From contig NW_026262679.1 in the NCBI RefSeq assembly GCF_021869535.1, forward strand, positions 87,234,001 through 87,298,000: 64,000 nt of DNA, in the 5' to 3' direction. The position numbers and the translations under genes are program-made. Of this stretch, positions 52,766 through 63,105 are shown one piece after another (position 1 is the first letter of the stretch; every line of letters begins with the position of its first letter). Source of the stretch: Mytilus californianus (taxonomy: Eukaryota). The notes beneath the pieces were generated by a model that was not told the DNA's origin, made no database searches, and worked only from the letters and a program-made list of their open reading frames with translations.

Positions 52766-53669
52766 TTGTTACAGTACCATTCTTCTTTTATACAGTTTAT
52801 AGTTTAAATCAAAAGCGCGAAAAATATTTGAAAAAACTTGCTCGTAATGTCAATGTAGAATAATGAAATTCAATAATTTTACTCACTTTAAATCCTCTAA
52901 ATAGCTATCACAAAGGTTATATAGGAACATTGTTTTAATCCTATGAGAAAATGGATAATACGTCACTCTCTCAATTGATCAAATAACGAGGAAATGATTT
53001 GATTCTACAAATCCCAGACCTGTAACTAAAATCCGAATTACGTAACATTTACTTCATTATTAATGATCTTTCAACCAAAAATGTGATTGGAGAATAAAAA
53101 TACATTAAACGAGATGTCGATCTCAATCTAATATTGTAATCAGTAGGACTGTTCTGAAGTGATTGTATTTGTTTTGAAATTGCACGATGTTTCCGTTGCT
53201 AATACTTGTTAAACAAATTATGGAACAATTATTTAACTTTCATCAAATAAAAGAACAAGCTCGACTACTAAGTATTAGTTATAGACGCTCTGTTTTATTA
53301 TTCAATGGTGGATTTTATGATCTGGTGCAGTAAAATAGATTTTGTTAAATTTATTATAACATTTTCAGATAAATGCGTTTTCCTCTTTGAAAACGTATTT
53401 ATTATTAATGTAACAGCAGAAAAATGTAAGCAACACGCAAACATAATGCAAAATGGTTTTACACATGAAACTATTATGAATTTATCAATAAACTATTATG
53501 AATCAGATGTTCCAAAGTCGCTTGTCTCCCAGATATCAGTAGTCACATTTCTTGTCAGTTATCAGTATTCGTAGTTAATTGTAAAATTCAAACCGCTAAT
53601 GTAATTTAAACGACGTCGTCAAATATTTGCTCTCGTGTTTCCTGCAAGGTTATGATGGAAGATGCATTC

Positions 53670-53795
53670 GTCGACGCATCCGGTTTTGCTTCTCTTTCTG
53701 ACGATTCCGTCGGGTTATGTTTGTTACTTTAATGTGGATCTTATTAATCGATTTATGAGATTTGAACATCGGTTAACTACTGTTCCCTTAATTTA
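53670..53795 (+). repeat. PLE type E terminus
   Basis: GTCGACGCATCCGGTTTTGCTTC..ATTTATGAGATTTGAACATCGGTTAACTACTGTT matches the reverse complement of 21700-21815. Confidence 0.6.
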
Positions 53796-53984
53796 TTGCA
53801 CACGACTTCATCTAAAGAAAACATCAAAGTCCCATTTTAAGATATAGGTAATAGTATTCAGACTATACTATATGATGTTTTATACAATGTACAAAGATAA
53901 TGTATTTTACTTGAATGCATTGTTGCTCATGTCCTATTTTAATAAAACGTGTAAAATGTCCTTTTAAGTTGTAATGAGTAACAT

Positions 53985-54710
53985 TTGGTCGATACCTCTG
54001 CTGGAGGACTACCAGTCCCCGAGGGTATCATCAGCTTAGTAGTCAGTACTTCGGTACCGACATGATTTATAACAAACTTTTCTAAAACTGTCCGTTTATA
54101 AATTTTGAAATTATTAAGAAACAAAGGTTTCAACTCCCTCAGGCAAAGTTGACATTAGATGGATTTGGCTATTTGTTTTAGGTATTTTTGTCATATAGCT
54201 CTTCAACTGTTTCGGTACTTATACATCCCTCGGATTTCAAATCTTAATCTTTAATCGACATTTGTTAACATTGTTTTAAATTTTGTAATCCACTCTGCAT
54301 TACTGTTTGGCGGTTTATATATGTAACTAAGTAAAAAAGGTTTTTGATGAACATAAATAAGTTCGATCCAAATTGACCCTATATTGTTCTTTCCAAATGA
54401 TATCGTCTAATTATGGTTAACATGTTAGAAATATAAATTGCCATTGTTATATTATAGTTCGTTTCTGTGTGTGTTACATTTAAATGTTGTGTTTGTTGTT
54501 GTGTCGTTGTTCTCCTCTTATATTTGATGCGTTTCCCTCAGTTTTAGTTTGTAACCCGGATTTGTTTTTATCTCTATCGATTTATGAGTTTTCGAACAGC
54601 GGTATACTACTGTTGCCTTTATTTGGCTTTGAGCGTTCCTGATGAAGGTGAATCCAGAAAAGCGCTTCGGACGCATGAAACTATTAAACGTGTTGTTTTC
54701 AATTTTTTGA
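53985..54710 (+). mobile_element. Retrozyme family 2 copy split by an insertion of about 380 bp (54246-54624, ending in a PLE type C terminus)
   Basis: The two halves join to match the contiguous 52500-52765 copy (TTCAAATATTTGGCTTT). The insert ends CTACTGTTGCCTTTATTT. Confidence 0.8.
54633..54674 (+). ncRNA. Variant type I hammerhead (family 2); predicted cleavage after 54668
   Basis: Stem I GCGTTC/GGACGC, core CTGATGA, A-GG-TGAAT-CC-A (2-bp stem II flanked by A.A), GAAA, A-GCGC-T stem III, TTC triplet. Confidence 0.7.
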
Positions 54711-55344
54711 CATGTTTTATGAAGTTAAAAAAAATCTATTACAAGTGACATTTCTGGACTACAGTGAACATCCTTATATCATCCTATTCAGTCAGAAATT
54801 AGATTGTTAAAACATTATTTTGAAATGATTGTGAAGTTTTAATATTTTGTGTAGTGTTTGTTATGTGTTTTTATTCTACACCGTTTCAATCTCCTCATCT
54901 TTTCTATTTACGTGCCAAATAATGGTTCTAAGAATATTTCCCCCTTTTAAAGTATTTACATCGTACAACTATTTAATCGTCAAACCGGAGACTCTTCCTT
55001 TGCTTGTCAACCAACATTATTATTGCGAACCAAATGAAAGTTTTCCACAGAGTCATCTCCTCTTGGTCAAGGTATTTATCTTTTTTCAGATCTTTTGATC
55101 CAATGAATAAATACAATAGCTATTGTTCTCTGTGTAGTTTATTCACTGGGACCTTTAAATTTCTTCATAATAAAATCCATCATTGATTAATTTACCTGAA
55201 TAAAAAATTATCTTCTAAGAAGATGAAAATACATGTTTCAACTAACAAAACTGCCTGTGATGCTGTATTTATGCACTATCAATGATATATTTTCAATCTG
55301 TTTATTGTAAACACTGATTTCGAATCCAAGTTTAAGATTAACAT

Positions 55345-56750
55345 TTAGTCTGGTCTAATACCAAATACATATTTGAGACTAATTTTCCGTATGGTCTAAT
55401 AAAGATTTTATATTTGAGACGAACTTTCAGTTGGGTCTAATATCGAGTACATATTTTAGACTAACTTTCAGGCTGGTCTATAGCTATTATCGAATACATA
55501 TTTGAGACTACTTTTTGTCTTGTCTGATATCGACTAGCTTTCAGTCTGGTCTAATACTGAATACTTCTGTCAAATCTAATATCAAATACATAGTTGAGAA
55601 AAAAGTAAAATAACAAAAATACCGAATTCCGAGGAAAATTTTAAACGGAAAGTCCCTAAGCAAATGGAAAATTCAAAAGCTCAAACACATCAAACGAATG
55701 GATAACAACTGTCATATTCCTGACTTGGTACATGCGTTTTCTACATAGAAAATGGTGGATTTAACCTGGTTTTATAGCTAGCTAGCTAAACCTCTCATTT
55801 GTATGGCAATCGCATAAAATTCCATTATATTGACAACCATGTGTGAACAAAACAAACAGACATAATACTAGTAGGTAAAAATGTCAAAAATAGGGGTACA
55901 GCAGTCAACATTTTGATATCATCTTAATCACTACAAAAACAAGCAAATATGTCAACAAAACAAAACAAAAGGTATATAGACAAAGCACATTAGCAAAAAC
56001 GAACGACAAGAATACAAAAATTTACCATAGCACAACACAATGACGGGATGTACAAGTACCGAGCCACGTCAAATGGATACTGCCAAAAAAAGGCTTAACA
56101 GTAAAAGTTATAATTTACAAAGACAAATAAAAGAATACTATACCACGTTATTAAGATGATAAACAACGTCAGTACCTACAATCTATACTTCAAGACCATC
56201 GTGTATTATTTGTGAAGTTGATACGGAATATTTATCGACAAGGTCTTGGTATCTTCCGATGAACTTTTTTAGAAAAAGGATGAGATGTTCTTTGACATAC
56301 CCTTGGTTCATCAACTTTCTGCTCAGACACTGGTGACGTTTTACAAAGTCTGAGTAGCAGCTGCAACCTCGTGAATACCGAATGAGTTGGGAAATGTACA
56401 TCCCATATGCAGGTGAAGTTGGTATATTGCTATATAGGTGGGGGAAATTGATAATGTCAAAATTAAAATCGACTCGTTTGTCATAGATTCTGGCACTGAG
56501 ATGACCGCTAATGTCAAATTCGAGGTATAGGTCTAAAAATGAGGCAGAGGAAGCCGTGTCTGTTGTTTCTTTAATTTCTAGTTCTAGAAGATATATTAAT
56601 GGAACACAATCAGAAAAGTTTGGATTGTTAATGGAAAGAACATCACCGATATATCTGAATGTGAAATTAAATGTGAGACTTTCTTTTGTCTGGTTCGATA
56701 TCGAAAACATATTTTGAATTAATTTTCAGTATGTTCTGATATCGAATACT
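55345..56750. repeat. Degenerate minisatellite with a unit of about 41 bp (55345-55599 and 56674-56750), interrupted by a PLE
   Basis: Approximate unit CTGGTCTAATATCGAATACATATTTGAGACTAACTTTCAGT occurs on both sides of the insertion. Confidence 0.7.
55600..56673 (-). mobile_element. 5'-truncated Penelope-like element subfamily III (RT C-terminal half plus type B UTR), flanked by a TGAGA direct repeat
   Basis: ORF 56183-56710 FNFTFRYIGDVLSINNP..ELEIKETTDT..ASFLDL..IYDKRVDFNFDIINFPHLYSNIPTSPAYGMYISQLIRY..IIHDGLEV. TGAGA occurs at 55595-55599 and 56674-56678. Confidence 0.9.
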
Positions 56751-57174
56751 TGTTTATGGTACGTTTGACACCAAATGAAAGATTGTAAACTATATATTTT
56801 TTCAAAGGTGTAAAATCACCAATTGCCGGTATCTTAGAATATTGCTTAGGACTGGAAACTAACCAACATTCCACCTGGTAATTACAAAAAGGAAGAACAA
56901 TATGAGAAAATAGTTTAAACAAGTTCATAGTATTAAATGTGTCTAATGATCGGGGGGAAAGAAAGTACATCGTGTAGAAGATATTGATCGATTGAATTAT
57001 AGATGACGTAAAAGCTTTTCGGGGGGTTACACTGTGCTACGTTTGTCATCAGTAACACATCAATGTTTAAAATCAAAAACGTTACGCAACACGTACAACA
57101 GTTATTACTTAAATGAGAGAAACTTTACTCCCTGGGTCTGTTTGAATATAATCACAAAGATCGTAAATAGTAGT

Positions 57175-57345
57175 AAAAACTCATATGGAGTAGTTTCAAG
57201 TACACCCAGCAGTCTACAAAAGACTCATCAGTGACATTCGAAACCAAATAAAGAACGATGTTGAAGAGCATTGAGGATCTAAAATTTTGAAAGGTTTTGC
57301 CAACTACAGCTAAGTAATCTATTCCTGGGGTAGAAAATCAAAGGT
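57175..57345 (-). mobile_element. Retrozyme family 1 copy; hammerhead has lost GAAA and stem III
   Basis: Reverse complement GAATGTCACTGATGAGTCTTTTGTAGACTGCTGGGTGTAC; the upstream body runs to CCTGGGGTAGAAAATC. Confidence 0.8.
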
Positions 57346-58750
57346 TTCATATACACCTACATGTTTGAACGAATGTGAACATAGAAGATATGTTCAATCT
57401 GTCTTTCATGGTGGTGTTGTAGAGATTGATTATAACATTTAAGAAAAGATAAGATTTTCAAATTACGTTTTAAAATTAGAGACAACTGCATGTAGTTTGT
57501 TGTAATACGTGTGTGTAAATCCCGGCAATTAGGTATACTATTTCATCTCGCTTTTTTATATTAGAAAAACTATACTTCGACAGTGATATCGAAATAAGAA
57601 ATTTAAATTATAACAGTCTTATATCATCAAGTAACACGATACAAAAGATGATTTACATTAAGGAAGTTTAATCACATTAGAAGCCATAAATGACAAATCA
57701 TTTCACTAAGACTGAACATCATTAGTGGACACGTTATACATTTATGGCCAAACAATAGTTATGAGGAAACTGTTTAAAACCTTGCAAAATATAACTCACT
57801 GTTTTCCGATTTTTCTGTTACAGAACGAACAATTGTCCATTTTCAAATTACCCAATTTATTGCCGTTTTAGATTTTTTTAGGTAGGTCAAAATTTGATCC
57901 GAAAGTCAGGTTTGTATCACCAGGGACCACAGTCTGTCCAACTTCAAAGTTCTCTCTCGTAGCAAAAAATAAAATGGAATGGGTATGTTTTTAATACGAA
58001 TGCAAAGGACTTTAATAAAAAAAACATTTAAGCTATTTAATTATGGCATTTCAATGACGTAATAATAATGGCAGTCTGTCGTTACTAAATTGACATACAT
58101 CGCTTTAGAAAAATATTGAATCTTTATTCTACAATTCTATTACAATATCTATTTTGATTTTGGGGTGGTCTTAGGACTTATGAAATCACACAATTTAAAC
58201 GTGTTTTTCGAAGGACGACACATTCATGCATCCGTATGCTTACAAAGTGTGATCCTTCAAAATGCATTTAGGGTTTAATGTTTCAGTACCTTCAAAAACA
58301 AGTTAGGGATCACAGTGACTATGGTCGTTACAAAGGAAACGAAAATATACTATTTTAGCAGTATTTTGAGAGAAAAAAATCTCGTAAAACGATCAATGTT
58401 TAATAAAACTAACTTTTTATTATGCCTTTCATTTTGCACCTTACGTCAAAAGTTTTATCAAAGGAATCAAATGTTTCCCTTTTATGCACATTTTAGAATT
58501 ACTTTCACCAGGAATGTAGCTCCAGCCTAACGAGTGGAAGAGAAACACATCATGTCTCCAGAGTGACGAAAACGCTCAAACAATGTCAGTATTTATTTGG
58601 AATATTACAGTTTAGAATAAAAACATTAATTGACCAGTTTGTGTACTAGTTTCAAACAACCGCCAATACCATTTCAACTTTGAGCTTGTTGAACTTATAA
58701 GTGGACAGGCCGTATTTAATTGTTTCTAGTTGACTATATAGCTTATATAT

Positions 58751-58888
58751 AAATAAACTCATCATAGATACAAGGGATGCAATTGTGTACGACAGACTCG
58801 CGGTTTGTCTACAAAAGACTCATCGGTGACGCTCGAATTAAAAAAAAGTAAATAAGACCAAATGAGGTACGAAGTTGAAGAGCATTAA
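58751..58888 (-). mobile_element. Retrozyme family 1 copy with mutated hammerhead
   Basis: Reverse complement GAGCGTCACCGATGAGTCTTTTGTAGACAAACCGCGAGTCTGTCGTAC..CTATGATGAGTTTATTT. Confidence 0.8.
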
Positions 58889-58899
58889 TGTCATTAAAT

Positions 58900-59140
58900 A
58901 AATAAAGGCAACAGTAGTATACCGCTGTTCGAAACTCGTAAATCGATAGAGATAAAAACAAATCCGGGTTACAAACTAAAACTGGGGGAAACGCATCAAA
59001 TATAAGAGGAGAACAACGACACAACAAAAACACAACATTAAAATGTAACACACACAGAAACGAACTATAATATAACAATGGCCATTTTCCTGACTTGGTA
59101 CAGGACATTTTAAGAAAAAATGGTGAGTTGAACCTGGTTT
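58900..59140 (-). repeat. PLE type C terminus abutting the retrozyme
   Basis: Nearly identical to the reverse complement of 54436-54624 and similar to 23035-23290. Confidence 0.85.
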
Positions 59141-60809
59141 GAAAACGTTGAAATGCCATATTGTCGATAGTTGTCAAGCTCGAATTGGTAGGTCCCACTG
59201 TCCCTCTGGTAACTTTCGTCCCTCTTTTGCAATTATTAATTGATGCTAAGCTACTTTGTAACTTTTGTCGTTTAAAATTATCATTCGTCCAATAATTTTT
59301 TTCGTTTTCATTAATTTTGAAATTACAAAATACAACCGCTATAGGAATTTGGCGAGACTGTATTTGTCCAAACTAAGTTTGATATCCTCATTACCTATAT
59401 GTCATTCTGCTTACTGCATTTATGATTTTTGTTATATATCACGCGTTTAATATATTTTGAATATGTCAATTATTTAACAGCAAGTGTTAAACAGTGTATA
59501 AAGAAACTCTATTGCACAATAAAATGTTTCAAGGTTGTTGCTTTTTTCTGGAATAGTTAACAGTTTTTTTTGTTTTATAGTTTCAAGTGGGTGTTTGTTT
59601 TCTACTTAACTAATCATCATCTTATTGTAAGCAGATATAATGTCGCAGTGGTATTCGTGGGAGGTTAATTTATTGCTTTCACCATAATTGCAATAAAACA
59701 TACGTATACGAAACCAATTTCAGTGCAAAAGACTTGAAAACTTTTTATTGGTGTTTATTAGAGAAGAGTTATGGACATTAATATGTGTTGTGGTTAAGCT
59801 GTTTGTGAAAGGTATAATTGCGTAAATAATAAATCCAGAACACACTTCCCCATCAACCAAGTTGGATGACCAAATACAACCCCCTGTATTTGTGTTTGTT
59901 GGATGTAGTCTCAAATATCTCGGTTGGTTGCTGTCTAATTGACATTCCCCACATTCTTTATCGTGCCTAATAAATATTATTACCATGCTAGAATGCAAAG
60001 AACATAAACTAAAAGTACAAACAGTAACGATCGGCTTGTTTCAGATTCTTGTGTTTATCAAAAATATCTAATTTGTTAGATTCTATCAATACAGCGCAAA
60101 TTTCTTCCTGTTTAAATCCCTTTTCAATTAATTTCGTTCTATAGTTTGAATCTGTGGTTTAAACTTTCTTTAAGAGTGCTAAAATAAATACATTTTATCA
60201 CAGAAGTTTATAAGTTAGAGTTAAAGTTAAAATCATACATTTTTAATCACATCTTCAAACAAAATTCATTCATGCCCTATGCTTAACCGGATGCCCTGTT
60301 TATTCATTCGTTTTGCACATTACCTTTTCATATATCGAAGCTACAGATCAATGCGTTCTAATTTGGTTGTATTGTTTATTGCATGCGTTACGTCACTAGA
60401 TTTAAGTAAAAAACGAAATTACAAAGAATATAAATCATCTCGTTGAAATGGAAGTTATTCAAACATAAACCGTGTTCATCAGAATACAAGTGATATCTTG
60501 ATGAATACTATTTCGAAGTGAGAAATGCGAAGATAAGTCATGTTGCTGAAAGGGCAATTTTGATTTATTCGTTTGAACGGATTTGTGTGTATCTTGACAG
60601 CTTGGGCATATGTATGTTATTATAGGACCAACAAAACCTGTTTTTGCTCATCCAATTCTGAATTTTCAAAGAGTCATCCTTTATCAAGCCTCAAATGATC
60701 ATAATGTTGTTATATGTATGTTAACAATTATGATAACTTGCTTCTGTTCTTCTGTTGATTTCTATGAATTTAAGAGGTATGCATGTAAGAATGTCGCGCT
60801 TGATATGTG

Positions 60810-61132
60810 GTCATCATCGAGGGTATCACCAGCCTAGTAGAAAGCACTTTTGTGTTGACATGAATTATCATTACCATCATTTTATTTTAACGGTTTACAA
60901 AACTTTGAATTTTCGAAATGCTAACGATTTTTTACCCCAGGAATAGATAACCTTTTTGAATTGTGTGTCCACAATGATTTTCAACTTCGTACTTTATTTG
61001 GCCTTTTAACTTTTTTTTATTCGAGCGTCACTGATGAGTCTTCTGTAGACGAAACGCGCGTCTGGCGTTCAAAATGTTATGCCTGTTATCTTTGATGAAT
61101 TTATTATAAAACCCTTGGTCGATGCCACTACT
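60810..61132 (+). mobile_element. Near-unit-length retrozyme family 1 copy
   Basis: Starts CGAGGGTATCACCAGCC, contains an intact hammerhead and ends GGTCGATGCCACTACTG, so it is a circular permutation relative to 53985-54064. Confidence 0.88.
61023..61070 (+). ncRNA. Intact minimal type I hammerhead ribozyme; predicted cleavage after 61062
   Basis: Stem I GAGCGTCA/TGGCGTTC (8 bp, two G-U), CTGATGA, GTCT-TCTGT-AGAC, GAAA, C-GCGC-G, GTC. Confidence 0.93.
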
Positions 61133-62924
61133 GTTATTAAGTATTAGCTTTTTTCTTTCCTTATATCATCATCTTTTAGAGATTCAGTTATCTGGATATT
61201 TTTCAGTTTGCTGCTCAGGTTTAATTTTAGTTTTTACTTCAAACTGAATAATTTACATCTCTATAAAAGATAATTTTGTTATAACATTAAAATTATAACA
61301 CCACTCTGACATTAACGATCATGTGTATTAAAGTTGCGATATATCATGGGACAAATAAAGGATGTGTAAACTCTACTTTTCTTTTTAAATCAAACACTGT
61401 ATCTAATATCATCATTGATTAATTTTTCACTAATATAAACTTAGGAAACCGATTCCCTATGGCACTATACGCTTTTCTGAAACAAACTGTATCGTGGTTA
61501 ACATTTTATAAAGCCAAAAAGCATCAAAACTAAAAATCGACTAAAAAATAACCAAAACCGTGTACGTTCACAGAAGTAGGGCAAATTTTCCTTGAATTAA
61601 TTTTACACTAAGACCATTTAAAAAAACATTCTTTCAATTTATTCTGATATCCACTGTATGACATCCTCGTGCATTTTCATTGAGATTTTAACAACATCAT
61701 TGCCTGTTCATAAACATGTACCCAAATTTTACATACGTAAAGATATCTGAAAATCAAAATTTTGGAAACATTTAGTAACATTCGAGTAATTTCACAAAAT
61801 TCAAAATGAAGGACATTCTAAACCAACATCAAACATTATATTGGAAGCTAATTAAGGGTCATTAATATACACATTAATTAATGCTGATTAAGGATCCCCC
61901 CCGATGTATATTTTTACAAAACATTTGCAATTTTGTATCAAAACTAAAAACAATGTAAATAGCCTAATAACATTTTGATTTGTTTATATGTGTAAAACTG
62001 TTGTGAACTCTTTAATATGTATTGTTAAGACTCTTTAATGTTTGAATTAGAGTAAGCTTAGACCATTTGAGTGTAATAGATTCAGGGCACCTACCTTCTA
62101 CCTTGGGGTGTTGCAATCTTGTAAATGTACACAACTGACGAACACAAATAACTGAGTAATACTCATGTATGAATAAGAAAAGTAAAAATATTTTTGAAAT
62201 CCAAACTCTTGTTTACATTTATTTAAATTTGACAAGTATGCAACATTACATGGAGATAATATTTGAAACAAATTATTATTTATTTATCTTAGTAAGAAAG
62301 AAAACAAATTATTTAGGATGTAAATCTTGTCCAAAATCAATTCGAGTTTCGTCATTTCAGACTCATAATCCACAATGCTTGACAAAACCTTAACATTCGT
62401 TTGACAGCAATATATATGTTGGTTGTTTGTTTTTATCACATTTAAATGTTTTTTTTTTTGGTTTTTTTTTGGTTGTTTTGTGGGCGAAGGTAACATTTTA
62501 TAGGGTATAAAAAGATGAAGGGAAAACAATAAACAAATGAATTTGGTTATGAATTATTTTACAAATTGAAAAAATATCAACAAAAAACAAATCAAAAAGC
62601 AAAAATAAAAAAAAAACTTCAGTTAACATGGTTAATCCAATAATTCTAAAATATAGTTCACACACGATTTTTCAAGTTCATATCAAATAAAATCAATCCC
62701 CCAATTAAGTCTTTTTATACTGTACACAGAATGAAACTCATCCTTTGACTTGTGGTGACAAGCTTAATGACAATGATTGAGCAAACATCCTAACAAAGGT
62801 TTTCAAGCAAGTCGATTAAACATTAGGTCAACAATCATTTGGATATTAGCTCTCAACAGTTCAAAACTGTTCTCAAAAGAGGTAACCAGTGGCCGTGTTT
62901 ATATTTAAACAATAAACGAATATA

Positions 62925-63105
62925 AATTATGACAAACAACATCCCACGACAACCAACCATCAGATTACATGCTCTTGGCTTAGTCCAGGCATCTAAATCA
63001 TGCGGCATTTTTTTGAACGTCAACCTTCCTTATAACCTGGAGAAATGGTTAAACAGCATATCATAAGAACGAACTGTAAAAAGAAGTTGGAAAAGGCTTG
63101 GGGAA
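62925..63105 (-). repeat. Degenerate type A fragment
   Basis: GACAACCAACC..CATCATAAGAACGAACTGTAAAAAGAAGTTGGAAAAGGCTT resembles 38020-38180. Confidence 0.55.

Noticed and set aside
1755-63105. Plus-strand excess of type A repeats
   Set aside because: By-eye counts favour the plus strand, but numbers are small and the other types show no such bias.
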